Shown: positions 39,428-49,765 of the stretch, in pieces
How the letters are laid out: each line of letters starts with the position of its first letter
Numbering within the stretch: the stretch's first letter is position 1
Position numbers and translations under genes: made by a program
The notes under the pieces: generated by a model
What the model was told of the DNA's origin: nothing
Seen by the model: only the letters and a program-made list of their open reading frames with translations
Database searches by the model: none
NCBI GenBank assembly: GCA_964460075.1
Contig: CAYWPC010000011.1
Coordinates: 12,029-76,028, forward strand
Length of the DNA: 64,000 nucleotides
Direction of reading: 5' to 3'
Source of the DNA: an uncultured Acidimicrobiaceae bacterium
Lineage (GTDB): Bacteria > Actinomycetota > Acidimicrobiia > Spongiisociales > UBA5794

Positions 39428-40630
39428 TCAGTCGACCCGTTCGAGAAGCATCGCGATTCCTTGTCCGACGCCGATGCACATTGTTGCGAGACCGTAGCGG
39501 CCTCCCCTGGCAGCGGTCTCTCTGGCGACGGTTCCCACGAGGCGCGCGCCGGTCATCCCCAACGGATGACCGATTGCGATCGCTCCACCGTTCGGGTTCA
39601 CATGCTCGGCGTCGTCCGGGAGACCCATCTCTCGGAGGCAGGCGAGGGACTGGGACGCGAACGCTTCGTTGAGTTCGATGGCTGCAATGTTTGCAAGTGA
39701 TACGCCTGTGCGCTCAAGCAGCTTCTTGGTTGCAGGGACAGGACCGATGCCCATGATCCTTGGTGGCACCCCGGCCGTCGCCATTCCAACGATTCTCGCC
39801 ATAGGGGTCGCACCAAGCTCGGTCAGAGCCTTCTCGCTGACGATGACCGCCGCTGCCGCACCATCATTGATTCCCGACGCGTTGCCAGCGGTCACCGTCC
39901 CTCCCTCGAAGATCGGGCGTAGCCTCGCGAGCTTCTCGAGTGTCGTTTCCGGTCGAGGGTGCTCGTCGAGATCAACGATGATCGGATCGGCCCGCCTCTT
40001 GGGAACCTCGACGGGTACGAGTTCGCCCTTGAAGAACCCGCGCTCTGTTGCTTGCGCGGAGCGCTGCTGGCTGCGGAACGAAAACGCGTCTTGATCATCT
40101 CTGGATATAGAAAAGTCGGATGCCAGGTTCTCTGCGGTTCCTGGCATTTCGTCGGTGCCGAACCGCTCCCTCATGTTGGGATTGACGAATCTCCACCCGA
40201 TCGTCGAGTCGTGAACTCGCACCGATCGATCATATGCCGACTGTGCCTTGGCCATGACTTTCGGGGCCCGACTCATCGACTCGACACCCCCTGCGATCAC
40301 GATGTCCGCCGCACCGACCATGATCGCTCGCGACGCTAGACCGATCGCTTCCATGCCGGATCCACAGAGTCGGTTGACCGTGGAGCCCGGCACCTCCACA
40401 GGGAGACCGGCGAGAAGCGCTGCCATTCTCGCAACGTTGCGGTTGTCTTCCCCTGCCTGATTGGCGTCACCGAAGTAGAGGTCGTCGATGTGGTCGGCGT
40501 TGATGCCGGAGCTTCGCACGACCGTTGCAATGGTCAATGCGGCGAGATCGTCCGGCCGGATCGAAGCGAGGGCTCCGCCGAAGCGGCCGATGGGGGTGCG
40601 TATGTAGTCGAGGAGAAAGGCGTGCTGCAT
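39428..40630 (-). CDS. Acetyl-CoA C-acyltransferase (thiolase)
   Basis: YIRTPIGRFGG N-terminus, active-site Cys (VNRLCGSG) and C-terminal GLATMCIGVGQG. Start at MQHAF (40630). Confidence 0.9.
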   Translation of the reverse strand: MQHAFLLDYIRTPIGRFGGALASIRPDDLAALTIATVVRSSGINADHIDDLYFGDANQAGEDNRNVARMAALLAGLPVEVPGSTVNRLCGSGMEAIGLASRAIMVGAADIVIAGGVESMSRAPKVMAKAQSAYDRSVRVHDSTIGWRFVNPNMRERFGTDEMPGTAENLASDFSISRDDQDAFSFRSQQRSAQATERGFFKGELVPVEVPKRRADPIIVDLDEHPRPETTLEKLARLRPIFEGGTVTAGNASGINDGAAAAVIVSEKALTELGATPMARIVGMATAGVPPRIMGIGPVPATKKLLERTGVSLANIAAIELNEAFASQSLACLREMGLPDDAEHVNPNGGAIAIGHPLGMTGARLVGTVARETAARGGRYGLATMCIGVGQGIAMLLERVD

Positions 40631-40726
40631 GGATACGTACAGTACTGCGTGTCGGTGTGCACTCCCTCGCGGGATTGGGTGTCTCGGCGATGGGTACCGT
40701 GTACGCATCGAGAGTATGGGGGGACC

Positions 40727-42385
40727 ATGCCAGACTTTTTCGCAACACATAGAGACACGCTCGAGCGGGCGGTCGTAGCTATCAACGAGCGCCGATATTG
40801 GAGCGCGTATCCCGAGCATCCCAAGTCCTACGGTGATGAGGCCGCGGATGCGGGGAAGGAAGCATTCGAGCGACTGCTCGGGAGGCCCTTCGACACCGAC
40901 CAGGCGCACGACGGGTTTCTCGGCGTTGCCGAATCATCGCCGTTCGGCGTCGAGCTAGGCATCCGTTACCTGTCGACCGACGTCGAGACTGTGATCGCTG
41001 CCGCGTCCGATGCGATGACGGTCTGGGGCAAGGCACCGACTGATATTCGGGCCGGGGTGTGTATCGAAATCCTGGACAGGCTTGCAACGTCGACCTTCGA
41101 GATGGCGTACGCCGTGATGGCGACGACGGGTCAAAGCTTTCTCATGGCCTTCCAGGCCGGTGGCCCTCATGCTCTGGACCGTGGTCTCGAAGCGGTTGCC
41201 TACACACATGCCGAACAGAAGCGACTCCCAGACGCTGTGGTGTGGGAGAAACCGCAAGGCAGCAGGCCGCCTCTTCGGATCGACAAGCACTGGATCGTGC
41301 GTCCGCGCGGCATCGCGGTGACGATCGGCGTTTCGACGTTTCCGACGTGGAATGGCTACCCGGGGATCTTCGCGAGTCTTGCGGCAGGGAACCCCGTCAT
41401 CGTCAAGCCGCACACCCACACTGTTCTCCCTCTCGCGTTGTTCGTGCGCATCGCGCGTGAGGTATTGGAGAGCGCGGGATTCGACCCGAATCTGGTGCAA
41501 CTCCTTGTGGATACACCTGATCGACTCGTCGCGAAGGATCTGGTCATGCGACCGGAGATCGGGATCGTGGATTACACCGGTGGAACCGAGTTCGGTGACT
41601 GGCTCGAAGCGAATGTGGCACACGCCGAGGTGTATACAGAGAAGGCGGGCGTCAACTCGGTCATCCTCGACTCAGCAACAGACCTGGCCAGCGTATTTCG
41701 CAACCTGTCGGTCTCGATGACGATGTATTCGGGCCAGATGTGTTCCGCACCCCAGAACATTTTCGTGCCGGAGACCGGTGTCCGGGTCGGGGACGAAATC
41801 GTGTCGTACGACGACGTTGTTGGTGGTTTCGTCGAAGCTCTCGGGGCTCTGATTGCTGACGACGCCAGGGCTGCCGCCATTCTCGGCGCTGTGAAGGGTG
41901 AGGCAACGCTCGATCGCATCGATGCTTCGGCTGGCATGGGAACGGTACTTTTGGCGTCACGGCGTGTGACGAATGACAACTACCCGGATGCTGTCGTGCG
42001 ATCGCCGAGCGTCGTCGAGGTCGACGTCGAATCCGACGCCTACGCCTGTGAGATGTTCGGTCCAGTGATCTTCGTCGTTGCGACCCGTTCAACCGAGGAT
42101 TCAACGGCGAGAGCCGGGGCCGCCGCCGCTCGCAATGGTGCGATCACGTGGCTCGCGTACACCACGGACGACGCGGTGATGGACAGCATCATCGATGCGG
42201 CGGTCGACGCCGGTGTTTCCGTCGCGTTCAATCTGACGGGGGGCCTCTTCGTCAACCAGTCGGCCGCCTTCTCCGACTTCCACGTGACGGGATCCAACCG
42301 AGCAGGGAATGCGTCGCTGACAGACCTTGCATTTGTAGCTCGCCGGTTCAGCGTCGTCGGTGTGCGGGTGGAGCAGCCCGCCTAA
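40727..42385 (+). CDS. PaaN-like aldehyde dehydrogenase (ring-opening enzyme family), NAD(P)-dependent
   Basis: ALDH superfamily with catalytic Cys context (YSGQMCSAPQNIFVP) and the long PaaN-type architecture. ATG at 40727. Confidence 0.65.
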   Translation: MPDFFATHRDTLERAVVAINERRYWSAYPEHPKSYGDEAADAGKEAFERLLGRPFDTDQAHDGFLGVAESSPFGVELGIRYLSTDVETVIAAASDAMTVWGKAPTDIRAGVCIEILDRLATSTFEMAYAVMATTGQSFLMAFQAGGPHALDRGLEAVAYTHAEQKRLPDAVVWEKPQGSRPPLRIDKHWIVRPRGIAVTIGVSTFPTWNGYPGIFASLAAGNPVIVKPHTHTVLPLALFVRIAREVLESAGFDPNLVQLLVDTPDRLVAKDLVMRPEIGIVDYTGGTEFGDWLEANVAHAEVYTEKAGVNSVILDSATDLASVFRNLSVSMTMYSGQMCSAPQNIFVPETGVRVGDEIVSYDDVVGGFVEALGALIADDARAAAILGAVKGEATLDRIDASAGMGTVLLASRRVTNDNYPDAVVRSPSVVEVDVESDAYACEMFGPVIFVVATRSTEDSTARAGAAAARNGAITWLAYTTDDAVMDSIIDAAVDAGVSVAFNLTGGLFVNQSAAFSDFHVTGSNRAGNASLTDLAFVARRFSVVGVRVEQPA

Positions 42386-42499
42386 ATCTGCACCGTCCGT
42401 GGCCTCGAAATCGCGAAAAACGGCAACTTGAGATGCACACGGCGGCGGATTCGTCTAACTTCGCACCATCGGGGGGTAGACGCTAGCAAGGCTTGGGCT

Positions 42500-44374
42500 A
42501 TGACAACGACGCTGGAACACGCAGGTTCGCCAGATCTGAGCGACGCGTTTCCGACCGTTGCTTGGAAGATCCGAGAGTGGGCGAGGACGACTCCTGACCG
42601 CGTTGCCATGCGCGACAAAGACTTCGGCATATGGCAGGAGTGCACGAGCGCGCAGCTTTGGGACGACGTGCTAACTGCCGCTCACGCGTTACTCGCACTC
42701 GGTGTCAAACCGGGAGACGTCACATCGATCCACTCCGAGGATCGCCCGGAATGGATCGTATTCGATTTCGCCTCTGTCGCTATCAGAGGCATATGCACAG
42801 GGATGTATCCCACGAACCCGACGTCCGAGGTGCAGTACTTGCTGAACGACTCGCGGTCGCAGATCCACTGCGCCGAGGACCAAGAGCAGATCGACAAGGT
42901 CATAGACCCGGGTCGGGCGGCGTTCCCCACGGTCCGAAAGATCGTCTATCTCGAGCCGCGCGGTGTGCGAACGATGCAGGACGATCGTCTCATGTTCTGG
43001 GACGACTTCATGGAGCTAGGCAGGAAACATCGCGAGGCGAATCAGGGAGCGGTCGAACGATTGATGGCCGAGGTCGACGGTGATGAAGTTATGACGCTCA
43101 TCTACACGTCGGGAACCACCGGGCCGCCCAAGGGGGCGATGCTCACGCATCGCAACGTCGAATTCGCGGTCGCCAACGTGTTGAACGATCCGAGCCGGTT
43201 CCGCGGCGGCAAGGGTGAGAACACCACAGACGAGAAGCTGACATATCTGCCACTGTGCCACGTTGCTGAGCGCCTGTTCTCGACGTGGTCGTTGGCGTAC
43301 AACGGACCGATTCTGAATTTCGCAGAATCGATCGAGACGGTCCAGATCAACCTGAGAGAGGTACAGCCGACAATCTTTTTCGCCGTTCCACGCATTTGGG
43401 AACGGATTCACGCAGGTGTTCTCATCAAGCTTCAGGACGCCACACTTCTCAAGCGGATGATTGCAGCGGTTGGTCTCAGGCTCGCTAATTACATCGGAAC
43501 GAAGCGGGTCGAGAACAGCGGAGACTTCACTTTCACGGCACGTCTTGCCTACTGGATTGGGAATCCCATTTTTTTCCGGTCCCTCCGTGAACGGGTGGGC
43601 CTGCGCCACTGCCGTTACGCGTCGTCTGGTGCGGCACCGATCGCTCCTGAAGTCCTCGAGTTCTTTATGGGTCTCGGCATTCCCGTGTACGAGCTATACG
43701 GGATGACCGAGAACACTGCCGTTGCCACGACCAACTTTGATGGCCGCGTCAAACTTGGAACCGTCGGTGAGCCATACAGCACGATCGGCTTGCGCATCGA
43801 CGAGGAGACGGGGGAGATTCAGACAAAGCACCCAGCCGTGTTCGCTGGATACTGGAACAAGCCAGAGGCGACCGAAGAGACGTTCACTGAGGACGGGTGG
43901 TTGAAAACCGGCGACGTGGGTGTGTGGGTGGATGGCACGCACGTCAAGATCGTCGACAGGATCAAGCACATCATCATCACATCGGGAGGCAAGAATATTT
44001 CACCTTCCGAGATCGAGAACAGTCTCAAGACCTCGCCGTATGTGAAGGAAGCAATGGTCATTGGTGACCGTCGAAAGTACCTCACAGCGCTCATCGGCAT
44101 CGAGTACGACGTGGTCGGGAACTGGGCGCTGCGACGGTCCATTACCTATACAACGTATCGAGACCTCGCCGAGAAGGAGGAGGTCATCGAGTTGATGCAG
44201 GGGATTGTTGACCAGACGAACGAGAAGTTCGCGCGTGTGGAGCAGATCAAGAAGTTCAAGATGATTCCCAAGGAGCTTGATCACGAAGATGGTGAGCTCA
44301 CTGCAACGCAGAAGCTCAAGCGCAGCGCAATGGAAGACATGTTCGGTGACCTCGTGGAGTCGATGTACTCGTGA
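42500..44374 (+). CDS. AMP-dependent acyl-CoA synthetase / ligase (long-chain FadD-like)
   Basis: AMP-binding motif IYTSGTTGPPKGAMLTH, and YGMTENT...GTVG...TGDVG...DRIKHIIITSGGKNISP. Confidence 0.85.
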   Translation: MTTTLEHAGSPDLSDAFPTVAWKIREWARTTPDRVAMRDKDFGIWQECTSAQLWDDVLTAAHALLALGVKPGDVTSIHSEDRPEWIVFDFASVAIRGICTGMYPTNPTSEVQYLLNDSRSQIHCAEDQEQIDKVIDPGRAAFPTVRKIVYLEPRGVRTMQDDRLMFWDDFMELGRKHREANQGAVERLMAEVDGDEVMTLIYTSGTTGPPKGAMLTHRNVEFAVANVLNDPSRFRGGKGENTTDEKLTYLPLCHVAERLFSTWSLAYNGPILNFAESIETVQINLREVQPTIFFAVPRIWERIHAGVLIKLQDATLLKRMIAAVGLRLANYIGTKRVENSGDFTFTARLAYWIGNPIFFRSLRERVGLRHCRYASSGAAPIAPEVLEFFMGLGIPVYELYGMTENTAVATTNFDGRVKLGTVGEPYSTIGLRIDEETGEIQTKHPAVFAGYWNKPEATEETFTEDGWLKTGDVGVWVDGTHVKIVDRIKHIIITSGGKNISPSEIENSLKTSPYVKEAMVIGDRRKYLTALIGIEYDVVGNWALRRSITYTTYRDLAEKEEVIELMQGIVDQTNEKFARVEQIKKFKMIPKELDHEDGELTATQKLKRSAMEDMFGDLVESMYS

Positions 44375-45348
44375 TTGGCCTCGTCATCTTCGCCCAGGCG
44401 GTTGGCCAGACACCCGTCGAGAAGCTCGTGAACGCGATCGGCTCAGGGATCGCGCTCGGCGCGATATACGCCCTGCTGTCCCTCGGGTTTGTGATCATTT
44501 TCAAGGCGACCCAGGTCGTCAACTTCGCTCAGGGGGCGATCGCAGCGCTCGGTGCGTACTTTGTGGTGTATTTCGCGACGGTTGTGAATGTTCCCGGCAG
44601 GTGGATCGAGGGTGTGTCGCCGTGGATCCAGTGGACGCTGTCTGCGATCGTTGCGATCGCTTTCACCGCACTCATCGGCATCATTCTCGAGCGCGTGACG
44701 ATTCGACCCATGATCGGTCAGCCCCTCTTCGCTGTTGCCATCATCACTCTTGGTCTCGACCTCATCATTCGAGCGGTCACGAACGACTTCATGGACAACT
44801 CGATCAGAGGCCTCGGGGACCCATGGGGGGCCTCTCTGTACGAGGTTGGGCCGATTCGCATTGCCTATACCCAGATGATCACGGTTGGTGTGTTGATCGC
44901 GGTAGTCCTATTGCTCGTCGCGTTCTTCCGATCTCGAACGGGCATAGCGATGCAGGCGACCGCCTTCGATCAGGAAGCCGCAATGGCACAGGGCATCTCC
45001 GTGGGGAAGGTCTTCGCAATTGCGTGGGCGATAGGCGCCGTGCTTGCCGCGATCGGTGGCATCTTCTCCTCTGTGGCCCCTCGGGCCGCTGGAGTGAGCC
45101 CACTGACAGCGTTTGTCGCATTCCGTGCGTTCCCTGCCGTCATCATTGGTGGGCTCGACTCGATAACTGGAGCAATCTTCGGTGGCATGCTCATCGGACT
45201 CGCCGAAGTATTCGCTGGAACTTACCTCGGTTCGGTCTCATGGCTCGGTGTCGGATTCTCAGGCAACGTCCCGTGGATTCTCATGATGATCGTTCTTCTT
45301 GTGAGACCGTACGGATTGTTCGGGACTGAGGAGATTCGTCGAGTATGA
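44371..45348 (+). CDS. Branched-chain amino acid-type ABC transporter permease (LivH-like)
   Basis: BPD_transp_2 family helices. Overlaps the neighbouring genes. Confidence 0.85.
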   Translation: MIGLVIFAQAVGQTPVEKLVNAIGSGIALGAIYALLSLGFVIIFKATQVVNFAQGAIAALGAYFVVYFATVVNVPGRWIEGVSPWIQWTLSAIVAIAFTALIGIILERVTIRPMIGQPLFAVAIITLGLDLIIRAVTNDFMDNSIRGLGDPWGASLYEVGPIRIAYTQMITVGVLIAVVLLLVAFFRSRTGIAMQATAFDQEAAMAQGISVGKVFAIAWAIGAVLAAIGGIFSSVAPRAAGVSPLTAFVAFRAFPAVIIGGLDSITGAIFGGMLIGLAEVFAGTYLGSVSWLGVGFSGNVPWILMMIVLLVRPYGLFGTEEIRRV

Positions 45349-46619
45349 GAGGACGCCCCAATCTCTATACCCGGTACTCCTCAGAGATGGGGCTGTTCCC
45401 AACGACGACCAAGAAGGTCTCGATAACGCTGCTCGGCGTGATCGCCGTGCTGCTGCCACTCTCCGCATTGCCGTTCGCTGGATATCTGGCATCGAGCAGC
45501 TGGTTGATCCTCATCAACAAGGCACTGGTCTTCGCGATCGCTGCACTCGGCTTGAATCTTCTCTCTGGCGTTGCGGGGCAGATCTCTCTTGGGCACTCGT
45601 TCTTTATGGCGGTTGGCGCATACACGGCTGTTCTTCTCGGGTCGAGCCCTGGCAGTTCGACGTGGGGCCTCGGACTCCCGATGTGGATCTGGCTACCTGC
45701 CGCAGGCATCGTTGCTGCGTTGGTAGGCATCCTTGTTGCGCCGATGGGTGTCCGAGTGCGCGGGCTGTACCTGGCGTTCGCGACGTTGGGTCTCGTGTTT
45801 ATCGGACTCTATCTTTGGCTCAACCTCAACAAGATCACAGGGACACCTGGTATCGGCCGCAGGTGGCCACCTCTCGAGTTTGCCCTGTGGCGGGGGATGG
45901 ATCCGATCATCTCCTTTGCTTCCGACGGCCCGTTGTGGTGGTGGCTCCGACCGATCAACCTTCTTCCGTGGGTGCAACTCGATGAGCTCTCCAGTGAGGC
46001 CAAGACGTACTTCCTCGTCGGGATTCTCGTTGTGCTATTCGCTATCGTGTCGAAGAATCTGATGCGAACGAGGGTTGGAAGGTCCTGGGCCGCAATTCGT
46101 GACCGCGACATTGCAGCGGAGGTCATGGGTGTCAACGAGTACAAGGGGAAGGCGCAAGCTTTCGCGATCTCGTCGTTCTACGCAGGTGTTGGAGGTGCGT
46201 TGTTCGGGGCAGTTGTTGGTCAGTTGATCCCGGAGTCGTGGGACCTGCTGTTAGCTGTCGACTTCATCGCAATCGTGCTCATCGGTGGTGCCGGCACCGT
46301 TGCGGGGACGCTCATGGGCACATTCTTCGTTGTTCTGATTCCACGTGTCGTTGAGAACGCGACGAACTTCCTCGCGGTTCAGGCCCAAGACGCCGGCCCG
46401 CTCGGATGGCTGGGCAACCTCGTGATACGTTCCTCGCCAGATGATGTGGTTGGGATTATCTCACTTCAGGCTGCGGGGCCTGGACTCAGTATTTTCCAGT
46501 TCAACGTGATGCTCTTCGGTGTGCTCATCATCGTGTTCCTGATTGCCGAACCGCTCGGCCTATACGGGATTTGGGTGAGGGTGAGAAACTACTGGAAGGG
46601 TTGGCCGTTCTCATATTGA
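45345..46619 (+). CDS. Branched-chain amino acid-type ABC transporter permease (LivM-like)
   Basis: BPD_transp_2 family. Confidence 0.85.
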   Translation: MRGRPNLYTRYSSEMGLFPTTTKKVSITLLGVIAVLLPLSALPFAGYLASSSWLILINKALVFAIAALGLNLLSGVAGQISLGHSFFMAVGAYTAVLLGSSPGSSTWGLGLPMWIWLPAAGIVAALVGILVAPMGVRVRGLYLAFATLGLVFIGLYLWLNLNKITGTPGIGRRWPPLEFALWRGMDPIISFASDGPLWWWLRPINLLPWVQLDELSSEAKTYFLVGILVVLFAIVSKNLMRTRVGRSWAAIRDRDIAAEVMGVNEYKGKAQAFAISSFYAGVGGALFGAVVGQLIPESWDLLLAVDFIAIVLIGGAGTVAGTLMGTFFVVLIPRVVENATNFLAVQAQDAGPLGWLGNLVIRSSPDDVVGIISLQAAGPGLSIFQFNVMLFGVLIIVFLIAEPLGLYGIWVRVRNYWKGWPFSY

Positions 46620-46692
46620 TGTTTCAAAGGTCCATCCGGTGCCGCGGGGCGCTGGAGGTATACAAGGAAGAAAACGAGCAAGGAGGACATAG

Positions 46693-48105
46693 ATGAGAAA
46701 GCGTTTGAGCTTACTCGTCCTCGTGGTGGTGGTGATGCTTGTTGCCGCCGCGTGCAGCAGCAGCGCTGACGAGACGACCACGACCGCTGGGGCAACCGGC
46801 GGTGGCGAGACGACCACGACAAAGGCAGCTGCCCCGGCAGCGTCGTCGACAACGACGGTGGCACCGGTGAGCGATGTGGTCGCTACCGACGTCGGCGTCG
46901 ACCCCGAGACGAAAGTGATCCGGATTGGTTCGCTGTCCGACCTCACTGGTGCGTTCGCTCCTCTCACGACGGACATCACTGATGCCCAGGCCGTGTATTG
47001 GGACATCCTGAACGCCAACGGTGGTATCGATGGATGGACCGTGGAGTTCGTCATCGAGGACACCAACTACAACGTTGAACAGCATCTTGAGAAGTACGAG
47101 AAGCTGCGTGACAACGTCGTGGCAATCAGCCTGTCGACGGGTTCGCCCACGACGGTTGCCGCACTGCCGAAGATCAAGGAAGACGGCATGCTTGTCATAC
47201 CGTTGAGCTGGTACTCGGGATGGGCAGTCCCCGAATTCGATGGAACGTTCCTGCTCGAACAGAACACGAACTACTGCCTCGAAGCGATGAACGTACTCGA
47301 CTTCATCAATGAGATGGGTGGAAAGACGATCGCTATCGCGACGTTCCCAGGCGACTACGGCGGCGACGCCTCGGCTGGCGTGTTCAAGGCTGCGGAGTTC
47401 TACGGCATGGAAGTCGTCTACGACGGCACGGCCAAGGTCATCCCAGGTCAGGACCAGACACCTGTTATTCAGGGGATCGTTGACTCGGGAGCCGACTGGA
47501 CGTACATGACGACGAACCCGTCGATTGGCGCAGAGATCCTCGCCGGAGCAGTCCAGCTTGGATATCAGGGCTTCTTCACCGGTTCGGCACCGACGTACGA
47601 CTTCAGGTTGCTGGACTCGCCAGCCGGTCCGCTGTATGACAAGCTGTTCTTCCAGTCTGCATACAACGTCGGTTGGGGTACAGATACGCCTGGAAACAAC
47701 GAGATGATGGCTGCCTTGGCAGATGCGTTCCCGGATCGTCGTCCGAGTGATGCCTTCATCACGGGTTGGAACGAAGCCAAGACGATGGCAAAGGTGCTCG
47801 AAGTCGCAATTGGGAACAAGGACCTGACAAGGGCAGGTTTGGTTTCTGCAGCGAACTCGATCGAGAGTGTCGATTTCGGTGGCGCAGCTCCGAACCAGAG
47901 CTATGCAGGCACGGCGAACGACTACGTGTCACGTGAGACCGCGATCTTCAATCCCGATCTTGCAACGTACACCGCGGCAGGCGGAGCTAACCAGACGGTG
48001 GCCCAGGCTGGCGCGACAACCGGTTCGTTACTTGAGAGGGACTTCAAGGTCGGCGCAGCAGCGGCTGCTTACGACTTCAACGCACCCTGTTGGACAGCGG
48101 GCTAA
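46693..48105 (+). CDS. ABC transporter substrate-binding lipoprotein (Leu/Ile/Val-binding protein family)
   Basis: Lipoprotein signal (LVAAACSSS), Thr-rich linker, type I periplasmic binding fold. AAGGAGGA RBS. Confidence 0.85.
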   Translation: MRKRLSLLVLVVVVMLVAAACSSSADETTTTAGATGGGETTTTKAAAPAASSTTTVAPVSDVVATDVGVDPETKVIRIGSLSDLTGAFAPLTTDITDAQAVYWDILNANGGIDGWTVEFVIEDTNYNVEQHLEKYEKLRDNVVAISLSTGSPTTVAALPKIKEDGMLVIPLSWYSGWAVPEFDGTFLLEQNTNYCLEAMNVLDFINEMGGKTIAIATFPGDYGGDASAGVFKAAEFYGMEVVYDGTAKVIPGQDQTPVIQGIVDSGADWTYMTTNPSIGAEILAGAVQLGYQGFFTGSAPTYDFRLLDSPAGPLYDKLFFQSAYNVGWGTDTPGNNEMMAALADAFPDRRPSDAFITGWNEAKTMAKVLEVAIGNKDLTRAGLVSAANSIESVDFGGAAPNQSYAGTANDYVSRETAIFNPDLATYTAAGGANQTVAQAGATTGSLLERDFKVGAAAAAYDFNAPCWTAG

Positions 48106-48174
48106 AGAAGACAATCATGTGGGGGTGCGGTTCGCCGCACCCCCACCCGATACCCCCTAGGGAACACATCTACC

Positions 48175-48966
48175 ATGCTTGAGATTGCCAACTTGGAAGT
48201 CGTCTACAACGACGTCGTTCTGGTGCTGCGCGGCCTCTCCCTTGAGGTCCGCGATGGTCAGATCGTCGCCCTGCTCGGTGCGAACGGTGCAGGGAAGACG
48301 ACGACGTTGCGCTCGATAACCGGCCTGTTGGATGTGCATGAAGGCGAAATCACCAAGGGAGTCGTATCCCACAACGGTGAGCGGATCGACTCGAAGGATG
48401 CGTCGGCGATCGTCCGTGGCGGAATCGCCCAGGTCATGGAAGGCCGCAGAGTATTCGCCGAGATGACCGTTGATGAGAATCTTCGCACGGGAGCGACGAC
48501 GAACAAGAGCTCCTCGAGCATCAAGGCGAACTACGACAAGGTGATGGAGATGTTCCCGTTGCTTGGGAAACGTCGCAAGGACACTGCTGGGTATCTCTCA
48601 GGTGGAGAGCAGCAGATGCTTGCGATCGGTCGTGCAATGATGGCGAATCCGACGTTGCTCATCCTCGATGAGCCGTCTCTCGGTCTCGCTCCGATGCTGG
48701 TGGCCCAGATCAGAGACATCATTGTTGACATCAACAAGGCAGGCACAGATGTTCTGCTGATCGAGCAGAACGCCAACATGGCACTCTCGATCGCAGACTA
48801 TGGCTACATCATGGAGACGGGCAAGGTCGTCATGGACGGGGATGCCAAGAAGCTTCTGGGTGACGAAGATGTCCAGGAGTTCTATCTCGGCATTCACGGT
48901 GGAGGCGAGCGTAAGTCCTTCAGAGATGTGAAGCACTACAAGCGTCGCAAGCGGTGGTTGTCGTGA
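48175..48966 (+). CDS. ABC transporter ATP-binding protein (LivF-like)
   Basis: GANGAGKTT, LSGGEQQMLAIGRA, LILDEPSLGL. Confidence 0.9.
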   Translation: MLEIANLEVVYNDVVLVLRGLSLEVRDGQIVALLGANGAGKTTTLRSITGLLDVHEGEITKGVVSHNGERIDSKDASAIVRGGIAQVMEGRRVFAEMTVDENLRTGATTNKSSSSIKANYDKVMEMFPLLGKRRKDTAGYLSGGEQQMLAIGRAMMANPTLLILDEPSLGLAPMLVAQIRDIIVDINKAGTDVLLIEQNANMALSIADYGYIMETGKVVMDGDAKKLLGDEDVQEFYLGIHGGGERKSFRDVKHYKRRKRWLS

Positions 48967-49739
48967 GCGATCATCTTCTTGAGTTCACCAATGTCAGCCT
49001 TGCGTTCAAAGGTGTCAAGGCTCTCACCGATGTGAGCTTCACCGTTGACGAGGGTGAACTATTCGCGGTCATCGGGCCGAACGGGGCAGGCAAGACCTCA
49101 TCTTTCAATTGTCTCAACGGTGTCTACAAGCCGCAGGAGGGTGAGATTCTTTGGAAGGGCGAGTCCATTCTGGGATTGAGCCCAGACAAGGTAGCTCAGC
49201 TCGGCGTAGCGCGGACCTTTCAGAATATTGAGCTGTTCGCTCACATGACTGTCATCGAGAACATTGCTCTCGGGCGGCATGTCCGCACCGATGTTGGTTG
49301 GTGGCGCGGGGCGTTGTGGTGGGGCAGAGCCAAGCGTGAAGAGATCGACAACCGCGCAAAGGTGGAAGACATCATCGACCTTCTCGAGATCGAAGCGTGG
49401 CGTTTTCACCCGGTCGGAATGTTGCCCTATGGTGTCCAGAAGCGGGTTGAGCTGGGACGTGCGCTCGCCATGGAGCCGGAACTGCTGCTTCTCGACGAGC
49501 CTGTTGCAGGTATGAACCTCGAGGAGACCGAGGACATGGCCCGGTTCATTCTCGACATTCGTGAGGAGCTCGGCATCGCCACGATCCTCGTGGAGCACGA
49601 CATGGGCCTCGTTATGGATATCGCGGATCGTGTGATGGTGCTCGACTTCGGCGAGGTGATCGCCATTGGAACGCCTGAGGCCGTCCAGCGAGACCCGAAC
49701 GTGATTCGGGCGTATCTCGGTGAAGAACTCGACATGTAG
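48954..49739 (+). CDS. ABC transporter ATP-binding protein (LivG-like)
   Basis: GPNGAGKTS, signature region, LLLLDEPVAGM. Confidence 0.9.
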   Translation: MVVVSDHLLEFTNVSLAFKGVKALTDVSFTVDEGELFAVIGPNGAGKTSSFNCLNGVYKPQEGEILWKGESILGLSPDKVAQLGVARTFQNIELFAHMTVIENIALGRHVRTDVGWWRGALWWGRAKREEIDNRAKVEDIIDLLEIEAWRFHPVGMLPYGVQKRVELGRALAMEPELLLLDEPVAGMNLEETEDMARFILDIREELGIATILVEHDMGLVMDIADRVMVLDFGEVIAIGTPEAVQRDPNVIRAYLGEELDM

Positions 49740-49765
49740 GGACGTCGTCGCGAGGTAGCCTTCGT